From contig MU058423.1 of NCBI GenBank assembly GCA_013265495.1, positions 6,991,449 through 7,055,448 on the forward strand: a DNA stretch of 64,000 nt, in the 5' to 3' direction. Shown in pieces: positions 52,590 to 64,000 of this stretch; the stretch's first letter is position 1, and each line of letters opens with the position of its first letter. The position numbers and the translations under genes are program-made. The notes below the pieces were generated by a model. That model had not been told where the DNA came from, made no database searches, and saw only the letters and a program-made list of their open reading frames with translations. This DNA is from Vicugna vicugna. Taxonomy: Eukaryota.

Positions 52590-55500
52590 GTTTATTGTCT
52601 TAAAAATTTTGTTCATACAGTTTATTTTTTAGAACTGTTTTTGGTTCACAGCACAATCGAGTTTCCCACATACCCTTGTGCATACACACACACACACACA
52701 CAGCTTCCCCCATATCAATTTCCCCACCACAGTGGCACATTTGCAGTGGGTGAACCGACTCTGACACATCATTATCAGCCAACACCCACAGTTTACATTA
52801 GGGTTTTGTACATTCTATGGGTTTTGGCAAATGTATAATAACATGTATTCACCAATACATGTACACAGCAGTATCTTAAGAAATAGTTTCATGCCCTAAA
52901 AATTCTCGGTGCTCTACCTATTCATTGCCCTCCTATTCTTGGTCTCCCCTAAACTCTAGCAAACAGTGATGTTCTCACTATCTCCTTAGTTTTGCCTTTT
53001 CCGGGATATCGTACAGTTGAAGTCGTACAGTTTTTAGTATTTGCAGGTTGACTTCTTTCACTTAGTAATATACGTTTACGTTTTTTCCATGTCCTTCATG
53101 GCTTGATAGCTTATTTCTTTTTAGTGCTGAATATTCTGTTGTCTGAATGTGTCACAGTTTATCTATCCATTCATCTACTGAAGGACCTATTGATTGCTTC
53201 CAAGTTTTGGTAACTGTGAATTAAGCGGCTCTAAAAAACTGTGTGCAGGTTTTTGTGTGAACATATTTTCACCCCTTTTCAACACCTAGCATAATCACTA
53301 GATCATCTGGTAAGAGTATGCTTACTTGTGTAAGAAATGCCAAACTGTCTCCCAAAGGGACTGTACTGGCGTACATAATCACCAGTAATGAATGAAAATT
53401 CTTGTTGCTTCACAGTTCTGTCACTGTTTGTATGTTGGCCATTCTAATAGCTGTGTGGTAGTATCTCCTTTTAGTTTTCATTTCCCTGATGACATGTTGA
53501 ACATCTTTTCATATGCTTACTTGCCATCTGTATGTCTTCTTTGGTGAGGTGTCTGTTAAGGTCTTTTGCCCATTTTTAAATCAAGTTACTGTACAGTTTT
53601 AACTGTTCTTTGTATATTTTAGATAACAGCCCTTTGTCAGATGTGTCTTTTGTAGATACTTTCTCCCAGTTTGACTTGTATTCTCATTCCCTTGACATGG
53701 TCTTTCATGGAGCGGAAGTTTTCTATTTTAATGAAGTCTGATGTATCAGTTATTTCTTTCATACATCATGCCTCTGATGTGGTATCTAAAGAGTCATCGC
53801 CATACCCAAGGTCATCTAAGCTTTCTCCTATGTTATCTTCTAGGATTTTTGTCATTTTACATTTTACATTTAAAGCAATATAATTTGGTTGTATCTTGGT
53901 TACTTTTTGTGAAGAGTGTAAGTTTTGTGTTTAAATTCACTTTTTGGTTTTTGGATTTCTGGTTCTTCTAGTACCATTTGTTGAAAATATTGTCTCTATT
54001 CCATTGTGTTGTCTTTGCTCTTTTGTCAAAGTTGATTATATTTACACAGGTCTATTTCAGGGCTCTCTATACTGTTGCATTGATCTCTTTGTCTTTTCTG
54101 TCACAAATACCACATTGTCTTTATTAATGTAGCTTTATAGTAAGCTAACAGGCAGTGTCAGCTCCCCAACTTTGTTTTGTTCATTCACTATTGAGTTGGG
54201 TATTCTGGGTCATTTGCCTCCTGTGATAACCTCTGGGATCACCTTGACGATATCCACAAAATCATTTTCTGGGATTTTAACTGGGAGAGTTGAGTGTATA
54301 AATCAAGGTCAGACAACCTGACATCTTGGCAATATTAAGTCTATCTATGACAATGGAACTTTTCTCAATTATTTGGTTCTTATCTGATATTTCGTCAGTT
54401 GCTGTAGTTTTTCTCATATAGACCTTGTTCATATTTTGTTAGATTTAACCTAAGTATGTCATTTTTTATGTGCTAATACAAATGGTTTTGTGTTTTTAAT
54501 TTCAAAATCATTGTTCATTGCTAGTATATAGGAAAACAATTGGCTTTTGTGTATTAGCCTTGTGTCTTGCAACCTTGCTATAATCACTGATTACTTTCAG
54601 GAGTTTTTTTTTTTTTTGTCCATTCTTTCAGATTTTCTATGTAAACAATTATCATCTGTGAACAAAAAGAGTTTTATTTCTTCCTTCAATATCTGTCTCT
54701 TTTATTTCAGTTTCTTGTCTTACTGCATTATCTAGGACATCTAGTACAATGCTGAAAATCAGAGCTGAGAAGGGACATCTTTGCCTTGTTCTTGATCTTA
54801 GCGGGAAAGCTGCAAGTCTCACCAGTAATTATGATGTTAGCTGTAGGTTTTTTGTAGGTGTTCTTTATCAAGTTGGAGAAGTTTCACTCTATTTCTAGTT
54901 TGCTGAGAGTTTTTATAGTGAGTGGATATTGGATTTTGTCATATACTTTTTCTACTTTTATTTGTATGATCATGTGATTTTTCTTTTTTAGACTGTTGAT
55001 ATGATAAATTATATTGATTTTCATATATTAAAACAACTTTACATGCCTGGGATAAATTATGCTTGGTCATGGTGTATAGTTTTTAAAAATATATTGTTGG
55101 ATTTGATTTGCTAATATGTTGCTGAGGATTTTTGCATGTGTTCCCAAGGGATATTGGTCTGTAGTTTTCTTATAATGTCATTGTCTGGTTTTGATATTTG
55201 GAAAATTTGGCCTTATAGAATAAGTTAAGAAGTATTCCCTTTGCTTCTGTTTTCTGAAAGAGAATGTAGAAGTTTAGCATAATTTCTTCCATAAATATTT
55301 AGTAGCATTCACCAGTGAATCATTCTGGACCTGGTGCTTTCTGTTTTTGAAGGTTATTTATTATTGATTCAATTTCTTTAATAGATATAGGCCTATTAAG
55401 ATTATATATTTCTTATGTGAGTTTTTGCAGATTGAATCTTTCAAGAAATTAGTTCATTTCATCCAGTTTATCAAATTTGTAAGCACAGAGTTGTTCATAA

Positions 55501-58500
55501 TATTCCTTTATTGTCCTTTTAATATCTGTGGGATCTGTAGTGATGACCTGTCTTTCACTTATATTTGTAATTTGTGTCTTTTGTCTTTCTTAATTAGCAT
55601 GGTTAAATGCTTATTGATTTTACTGATATTTTTCAAAGGACCAGTTTTTGATTTTATTTTATATATATATAAAATTTCACTAATTTTCAATTTCAATTTC
55701 ACTAATTTCTGCTCTAAATTTTAGTATATTTTTTTCTTCTGCTCACTTTGGAATTAATTTGCTCTTCTTTTTTCTAGTTTTCTAAGCTGGAAGCTTAAAT
55801 GATTGCTTAAATTTTTCTTCTATTCTAGTATTTGCATTCAATGCTATAAATTTCTCTATGAGAATTGCTTTTGCTGCATGTTACACATTTTGATAAGTTG
55901 TGTTTTTATTTTTATTTAGCTCAAAAATATTAAAGACAATTTTCCTTGAGATAGCACCATTGAACTCATATTTTACTTAGAAATGTGTAATTTATTCTCC
56001 AAGTTTTTTGAAACTTTTCAGACATCTTTCTGTTACTGATTTCTAGTTTAATTCCACTGTGTTCTAAGAGCAGATGTTATGTAATTCTATTCCTTTAAAT
56101 TTGTTAAAATGTATTTTATGGCCCAGGAAGTGGTCTCTTTTTGTGAATATTCCATGTGAGAACATTCTTGAGAAGAATGGATAACTTGCTGTTTTTTTGG
56201 ATAAAGTTGTGTATAGATGTCAATTATATCTACTTGATTGATAGTGCTGTTGCGTTCAACTATGTCCTTACTAATTTTCTGCAACTGGATATGTCAACTT
56301 CTGGTAGAAGAGTGTTAAGCCTTCCAAATATAATATAGAATTACTTTATTTCTTTTTGCAGTTGTATCAGTTTTTGCCTCATATATGTTGATATTTTGTT
56401 GCTAGGCACATAAACATCAAAGGCTGTTATTTCTTCTTGAGCTGTTGACTCTACCATCAGTATGTAATATCTCTCTTTAGCCCTGATAACTTGCCTTGTT
56501 CTAAGGCCTACTGTGTCTGAAATTAATATAGCTACTCTTGCTTTCTTTTGATTTGTGATAGTATGGTATATCTTTTCCATCCCTATACTTTTAATCTTTA
56601 TGTATCTTTATACTGAAAGTAGGTTTACTGTAAACAAAATATAGTTGGGCGTTGTTTTTTGATCCTCTCTGACAATCTCTTTTGGTTGGTATGTTTGGAT
56701 CATCGATATTTAAGATAATTATTGATATAGTTAAATTTGTATCTACCATATTTGCTACTGTTTTGTATTTGCTGCCGTTATTTTTTTTTATCATATTTGT
56801 CTTCTACAATTTTCTGCCTTTTTTGGTTTAAATTGAGCATTTTATATGACTCCCTTTTCATTATTTTCTTAGCATATCAATTACACTTCTTTTATTACTT
56901 ATTTATTTTAGTGGTTACTGTACAATTTATAGTATACATTTACAACAAATCCAAGTCCACTTTCAGATAACACTGTACTATTTTACAGTTAGTGGAAGTA
57001 CCTTATAATAATATAATATTCCTAAGTCCACCCTCCTGTCTCCCTGTGTACTTTAAATCACCTTTGGTTTTCTTATAATACCAAATACAGTGCAAGTGTT
57101 TGTAAGTAATTTTAGGTACAATGAAAATGTTATGTAAATTGTTGCCACCATGCAGCAAACTCAATTTTGTCTTTTTGGAACTTTCTGGAATTATTTTTTC
57201 TGAATGTTCTTGATCTACGATTAGTTGAATTCATGGACATGGAACCCATGGATATAGAGTACCAACTCTGTGCGTGTTTGTGTGTGTGTGTATTATTATT
57301 ACTATTTTGAAGAAACTTTTATCAGTTAAATCAATTAAGAATAAGAAAAATAAAAATTTCTATTTTACCTTTACTTATACTTCAATTCTCTTTCTTTCAT
57401 TATCTGGTTTCTCTGAACTACATCATTTTTCTTCTCGCTGAAGAACTTCTTTTTAAATAGCTTGCAGGATAGATCTACTGCCAGCAAATTCCTTGAGTAT
57501 TTGTTTTTCTGAGAAAGACTTTATTGTTCTTTCACTTTTGAAGGATAATTCTGCAGGGTACAGAATTCTAGGTTGTTTTCTTTTTTTTCCCTCTTTCAAC
57601 ACTTCAAATATTTCACTAGATTTTCCTCTTACTTCTGTGGTTTCTGAAGAGGAGTCAGATGTATTAGTCTTTGTGCCTCTATAGGTAAGGTATTTTTTTC
57701 CTCTTATTCTTTCAAAAATTTTTTTAATCATTGATTTTCTAAAGTTTGAATATGATGTGTCTAGACGTAGTTCTCTTTTGACATTTATGCAGCTCCTGGT
57801 TCTCTGAACTTCCTGAATCTTTGGTTTGGTGCCTGACATTAATTTGAACAAATCCTCAATCATTATTGCTTCAAATATTGCTCTGTTGCTTTCTCTCTTC
57901 CTTTTTTCCCCCTGGTATTTCCATTACGTGTGTATCTTTTGTAGTTGACTCACAGTTCTTGGATATTCTGTTCTGTTTTGTTTTTGTTTTCAATTTTTTT
58001 CTTTTTGCTTTTGAGTTTTGAAAGTTTTTATTGTCATATCCTCAAAATGAGAGTTTCTTTTCTGAGCCATGGCCAGTCAGCTAATTAGCTCATTAAAAAC
58101 ATTCTTGATTTCTGTTAACAGTGTTTTTGATCTCTAGCATTTTTTTTGATTCTATGAAATTCCATTTCTCTGCTTACATTATCCATCTGTTCTTGTAGAT
58201 TGTCAATTTTTTTCATTAACATCTTTAGACCATTAATAATAGTTTTTAAAAAATTTCTAGTCTAATAATGCCAACATCTTACCATGTCTGATTCTGATGC
58301 TTGTTCTGTATCTTCAGACTTCATTGTTAGCCTTTTTGTATGTCTTCTAACTTTTTATTGGAAGACAGATATTATATTCTGGGGAAAAGATTCAGGGGAA
58401 GAGGAAAATTCCCTAGTCCTATGATTAGGTCTCAGACTTTTGGTTAGCCTGTGCCCCAGGTTGTGAAGTTCATCAGTGCTTTTCAGTTTTCTTCCCCCTG

Positions 58501-58850
58501 TAGGTGGGACAGGACGGCTGAAGGTGGGGGGAGATGTACTTTTTCTTTTCCCACATGGAAGGCCACGGGGGCTGGAGTTGGATATTTCCCTTTCTCCAGT
58601 TAGGTTAGGCTCAAATAAAACTCCAGCACGTTAGGATCTGGGAAAGTTGTTTCTTCTGAAGGCAGGTCTTGTTACACAGAATGCCCTAGTGTATTTCAAA
58701 ATGACTCCTTTTTCCCTTCTGGAAGCATGAGGGGAGTTTTCTCTGGTATTCCCTGTGAAGCCTGGTTGAGCTCCTGGTGGTACAATCAGAAGATGAGGGC
58801 CTCCTTTATGACTGGTTCTCCCTGGAGTTTTCAGTCCTCAGAATATTGCT
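52590..58850 (-). mobile_element. Near full-length decayed L1M (L1MD/MC-like) with ORF2 endonuclease and ORF1 remnants
   Basis: ORFs 56341..56580 (EKIYH...QKKARVAILISD) and 56087..56284 resemble the L1 endonuclease domain. ORF 57453..57863 (QPRILYPAELSFKSE) resembles the ORF1p C-terminus. 3'UTR at ~52590-53000. Confidence 0.85.
57045..57270. mobile_element. MER2-like TcMar-Tigger fragment nested in L1
   Basis: TACTTTAAATCA...CTTATAATACC...TTTTTGGAACTTTCTGGAATT...GTTGAATTCATGGACATGGAACCCATGGATA. Confidence 0.7.
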
Positions 58851-58859
58851 TTTTATGTT

Positions 58860-58894
<35 letters not shown>

Positions 58895-58898
58895 GTGT
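58860..58898 (+). repeat. Interrupted (TG)n microsatellite
   Basis: TG run with one TT interruption. Confidence 0.9.
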
Positions 58899-59939
58899 TC
58901 AAGAGCTATTCTGAGACTGGTATTGGTAGTTTTAATCTCAGTTCCATTGTCTCAGTTGTTACTAAATTGGCTTGAGCCCATTTCACATGCTTAATTCTGG
59001 AGATAATTTGATATTTTTGTAGTTTATACACAAAGTAAGGTGATATCCTATTTCCATGTCTTTGCTTTCATTTTCCCTCCATGTCCACTAACTTGCATTT
59101 TTTCCCTTATTCCTTTGTCCAGAAACACAGGGTTTCTTTCAAACTTCCAGCCATGGCACTGTTGCAGTGCTCAACAGCTGGCTTCCACTGTAGGGACAAA
59201 ACCTTGGGGCAAAACACACACACACATACACAGGTAACTTATCACATGTGGGTTTACTTCTCCAAGGTTTCACCCTTCTTCACAATCTACCTGCTTTTCC
59301 AAGTTCTTAACGAGTTGCTCATTGCATTTTGTTCAGTGTTTGTAGTTATCACCAGCATGAGCATTGGGCTGTAATGGGTTTACGCTGTCATAAGAGTACT
59401 GAAACTCCCAAGATATATATATTTAAAAGTGTTAATTCATTATTATGAAAATTTACATTGCTGTAAAGGCTTAGCATGGTACTTGGCTGTAGTATCATCT
59501 TCAAAGTCTCTAAAATTGGTAAAATTCTAGTATCACAATATTTATCTCTAAAACCTTCTTTCCCTGGCTTCTTTGTGGACCTTATTTAATTAAGAAACAA
59601 AAAAGCCAGCTGTCACTATATTTAAAAATTATTATTATGTGTTTTCAATCTAGATTCTAAACAGAAAACTGTAATCACTAATTATTTCTTTAAATATTTT
59701 TTCTTTATAAATACTTAAGATCTTCCACAAAATATAAACTTTAAAAATAGAAAAGTGGAAGTGAGTGAACACAGATAATAAAGTTATTTCCATTGTTTCA
59801 CTGGAGAAATGAAAGATGGAGACAAAGGTATCATTCAGTTCAATAGGTAAAGAAATGGTTAAATGAAAAAAAATGTTGTAATGATGATTATTGAGTCTCT
59901 TTAAATAAAGCTTTTGCCTTTTTTAACCATATGCATAGT

Positions 59940-60170
59940 AGTTAGCAGTATTGCCTCAGAAGTCAGACAGCCCTGCTGTGACTTTTGGATTTGGAACTTA
60001 ATCAGATTGAAGATCATAGGCAGGATATTCAACATCTCTATGCCTTTTTCCTCATCTGTAAAATGGGGTTGTTGTGATAGTTACCTCACAGAGTCATTTG
60101 AAGATTAAATGCATTAACATTTATAAAGTATTTATATCTGTGTCTTGCAGTACTGAGTATTTTATGAATG
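59940..60170 (+). mobile_element. MIR SINE
   Basis: TTCCTCATCTGTAAAATGGGG...TACCTCACAGAG...GAAGATTAAATG. Confidence 0.8.
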
Positions 60171-62199
60171 CATGTATGAAAAATCAACTTTCTTCTGTTG
60201 ATTATTTCTGAAATTAGGTTAAAACAACAGATATGTCTAACATAGGAGCCACATTTGGCTTTGTAAAAGACTCTAAAGTTCATTTATTTTAAAGAAGGCT
60301 TTAATAACTGAAAGAAGAAATAAAATGTCATTCTGGAATGGAGTTTTATTACTGTGTAAAGTAACATAAGGTCAGCAAAACAGAAAAATAAGAATGCTTT
60401 GAATTTACTATGATTATTTAGTTCTTGTCCTGAAAACCTTTAGTTAAGATGTGCATTTGGAAATGTAGCTGTGGTTCTTTTTGTAATTGTTGAAAAGTTG
60501 TCTGGTTTCAGTTTTGTGATTCATGTTTTATATAATGTAGTAAGACATCAAACTTATTTATTTTCTGAATTTCAAGAAATAACATACAATTTTAACAGAA
60601 GTAACAGACGTGTATACCAAGCATGAGGTACAAATTTGGTAGAGTTGATGTTCAAACACAGTTCAAGTACACATTGATTGTAACAAACATATGTTCAATG
60701 CAAATTAGAGTTAAAATCCCAAGGTACTCCTCATGCCCATGTAATATTAGGGGTCAGCAACAACACTGCTTTCAAGACTCACTGATCAAACTTCTCTAAT
60801 ATATGGAATAATGATACATATATGTAGTTATTTCTAAAAAGGGAATCTTGTAGCTTTTATGCAGGAATAATCCAATGTAACTTCATGAGAACATCTTGTA
60901 ATAGTAGTTTTATAAAACATAATTTTTTTCTTGCAGTGACAAATTTAGAAGTTGTCAGATTTCATCTAGACTTGGTGTTAATAATCAATTATTTACAAAG
61001 TTGTGATGGCAAATATGATTTTTCCCTTTGGACTTTTCTGCTTTGGGGAGATATTTAAGTTTTCCTGTGGATCACATGTATGAGTGGATCAAGATATAAT
61101 ATTAGTTTAATCCTTTTTTGAGAGTTAGTCTTGGCCAAGTCTGGAAGGAGTATCTCCTTTTGTCTTTCGGGTGTGTAATTACATTCCTTACACCAAGTTG
61201 GTCTGACAAGTGTGGTAAGGGACAACACGCAGAAACACGCCACATTATTTATGACCAAGCTTCAGCGATGCTGTAGGACATCTCCTCAGTTCTCCTTCTA
61301 GACATCACTGTGCTTTATTACATAACAGCCGTGTGGTATCCTGTTGCCATTCAGACAGTGATCAGATCTGCACCAGTGTGACATGCAGGTAACAGGCTTT
61401 ATCTGCATATTACACTAAACTTACACTAAACTAAACTGATAGTTTAGTATAATTTCATATTTAGTAGAATTTATAGTTGGAATTGTTTCAAGAAACTCAA
61501 TATAGCATCTGAGGTGGATTCAGATTTCAGAACTCTATAAAAAATCCAAAGTAGCACTTACAGAGACTATTGCTTATTCTCTAATATGAGTGTTGCCTTT
61601 CTTGGCCTAGTTGTCTACTTTTTAATTAGCGCCTCACTAGGTTTTCTGCTGCCAACAGTGCACAATAAAGTGTCACACATTTTGTTGTCCCTTTTATAGA
61701 TTTTTATCTCTGATTAGTTGTCTTCTTTTTTCCTTTTAAGGTTTATTATTAGTTTGTGGCATTTTATTAACATCTCAAAAAATAAGCCATCTCATATGGC
61801 ATTCTTGTTATCATCGCCCATTACTATGTTGTTTTATAATTATCTACTAATGAAGGGCTCTCTTTAGGCTATAAATTTATTGAGAGAGGATTTAAATCCT
61901 ATCAGTTTAGGTATTCCAGCAGCAGCATCAAACACAAAGTTTGCACAGTGTTTACAGCCAATGAAGGTTACTGAATGCATGAGTGAGTGCTGTCCCTGGA
62001 AGTGGTGAAGGCTTTGTTACAAGTGTCTGGGAGGAGAAGGGGTAGGGAGAGTTGCAGGTTAGGATATGTCCTTTGAAAGATAGGTGTTTATTAAGTAACT
62101 GACTATTCTCTGTTGCAGCAGAATAAACATTACATGAAAAACATTGTGCTTAAGTAATCGATACAGAGATACAAATAAACAGTTGTAGTAAGATATGAT

Positions 62200-62780
62200 T
62201 GTGTCCATAATTAAAGATATAGAAATGTTCAAAGGAGAAAATAACAGCTGTATCCAAAATGATGAAGACATAAAAGGATATTTAAAGATGCGGGCACATG
62301 TGAAAAAGATGAAAGTTTGGAATGAGCTCAGCAGATCTGAGAATGCAATATGCTTGGGGGTGTTTGGGAGATGACCTGTTGGATGTGTTAGGACCTGTTT
62401 GTGGACTGCATTTTACACCATGCTGAGCAGTTTGAACTTTAAACCACAGATCATGAGAAGTTTCTTTAAGGAGAGGAATTTAACATGGAGATTTGTTTTT
62501 TTAAAAATTCTTTCTGTGGCAGTAAAGGAGTTAGTCTAGAATCGGAAGAACTTGATGGGAAAAAAAAAATCCCAAAACTGTTACGTTGAGACTATAAGTT
62601 CAAATAAAAAGCTACTTAGAGTAGAGACAAGGCCATGACAGAAGAAACGGGGAGGAGAGTCGCGCTTCAGGATGCTAATGTGGGGTGGAATTCATAGGCC
62701 TTGAGGGGACTGATTGGGCATGTGGGGTTAAGGGAGAGAGGGGCTTAATACTTTCAGCTTTACACAGCGTAGTCAATCGT
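62200..62780 (-). mobile_element. L2 fragment
   Basis: Purine-rich L2-like text (CCATGCTGAGCAGTTTGAACTTTA...GGACTGATTGGGCATGTGGGG). Confidence 0.55.
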
Positions 62781-63359
62781 CAGTGTTTCCTTCTTACAGA
62801 CATGAACTGTTTAGAATTTTAGCTAAATTCAAAAGTCTTTAATTCTCTTTTTGGTGATTTATGAACTGTGTGCTTTTTGTGATGTTTTAAAAGGCCATAG
62901 GGATTATCCTGGACAAAACAATCGTATTTCACCATCTTTCTATATAATTCCTGAGCTTTATAGTAAGCACAGAGTTAATGTGAAATTACCATTAGCTCAG
63001 AGAAGTCAAATAAGAATGTAGTAAATTATTTAAATTGTTCTCTATAAATTTTTTAAGAATTAGCTTTTTTTACGGCATGATCTAGCTCACTTCTGTTTAC
63101 AATATGAAGCTTTATATATAGTTCTTAGAAGAGTGGCAGGTATACAGTAAGTGCCAGTTAAGTATTAATCTATTTTTGTAACTAGCATTATCTATTTCTT
63201 GGATAATTACAAAAGCCTTTTAATTGACCTGTCTGCTTTTGTCTGCTCATCCATTAGTCTGTTCTCTCAAGTCTAGACTAGCAAGGCTATTCCTGTCAAA
63301 TAGCAACTGGCTGAAAGAATGAATGAGTCAGTAAAGAATGTCACTTTGTTTATGATCGT

Positions 63360-64000
63360 CCAGTGACTTTTCATATCATTCAGTGTACAAATTAAAGTTC
63401 TTTCAGTATCCTGTAGGCTCCTAAGTGATCTAACCTCTGCCCCTTTTCTCTGACCTCATTAGTGGCTCCTCTCCCTCTTGCTCTCTCTGGTCCACAAGGC
63501 ATCCCTCTTTTTTTTAAACTGATGTATAGTTGATTTACAATGTTGTAATAGTTTCAAGTGTACAGCAAAGTGATTCAGTTATACATATGTGTGTATATGT
63601 GTGTGTGTGTGTGTGTATTTTTCAGATTCTTTTCCATGATAGTTATGGATACTGAATATAGTTCTCTGTCCTTGTTGTTTATCTATGTTGTATATAGTAG
63701 TGTATATCTGTTAATCCCAAACTCCTAATTTGTCCCTCCCCCAAGGCATCCCTTTTTGAACACAGCAGTCATGCTTCGGCCTTGGGGCCTGAGCATCCAC
63801 TAGTGCTTCTGCTGGGGAGGCTCTCTCCTAAATATCTTTATGAATTTCTTGCTTCCTTAGTTCCTCGGTTATCTCTGTCTCAACATCCCTTTATCAGAAA
63901 AACTTTTTACGATCACACTTTGTAATATAGCAGCCTCCCTTCTAAAACATCTCTTGTCTGCTTTATATTCTTTACAGCTCCTATTACTTTCTGATGCTTC
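63360..64000 (+). mobile_element. L2 fragment interrupted by a short L1
   Basis: CCAGTGACTTTTCATATCATTCAG...CCTCGGTTATCTCTGTCTCAACATC; contiguous across the L1 TSD. Confidence 0.65.
63507..63741 (-). mobile_element. Short 5'-truncated artiodactyl-type L1 3'UTR with 12-bp TSD
   Basis: TSD CAAGGCATCCCT at 63495-63506 and 63742-63753. TTTT/GA endonuclease-type site, T-rich tail, internal (TG)n. Confidence 0.9.

Noticed and set aside
61410..61448. TTACACTAAAC x2 followed by inverted ACTAAACT/AGTTTAGT
   Set aside because: Short local slippage or fold-back; too small to support a function.

Overview
This is AT-rich mammalian genomic DNA, most likely camelid (it carries a Vic-1-type tRNA-derived SINE). 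It contains the 5' part of COL11A1 (collagen XI alpha 1) on the + strand: a CpG-island promoter and coding exons 1-4 (16159-16264, 36425-36592, 41757-41970, 45044-45206). These splice in frame through GT-AG junctions to 651 nt / 217 aa (signal peptide plus most of the TSPN/laminin-G-like N-propeptide domain). Exon 5 onward lies beyond the window. The rest is intergenic or intronic DNA dense in L1, L2, MIR, MaLR/ERV LTRs and DNA-transposon fossils, and nearly all other ORFs in the track are spurious or L1 remnants. I see no novel protein-coding system. The most unusual items are: (1) a ~340-bp mini-L1 in intron 4 whose 5'UTR start is fused directly to the 3'UTR end at what looks like a splice junction; (2) a CpG-rich, sense-oriented ERV LTR 276 nt upstream of exon 3 carrying TACTAAC, a 3' splice site, a 25-nt candidate poison micro-exon, a strong donor, AATAAA and a trailing PBS-like stub; (3) a perfect 30-nt copy 3 kb from its apparent donor, resembling a templated repair insertion; (4) a Met-Ala-Val uORF in the 5'UTR. 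Repeat family names and human comparisons come from recall, not database searches, and boundaries of old repeats are approximate.
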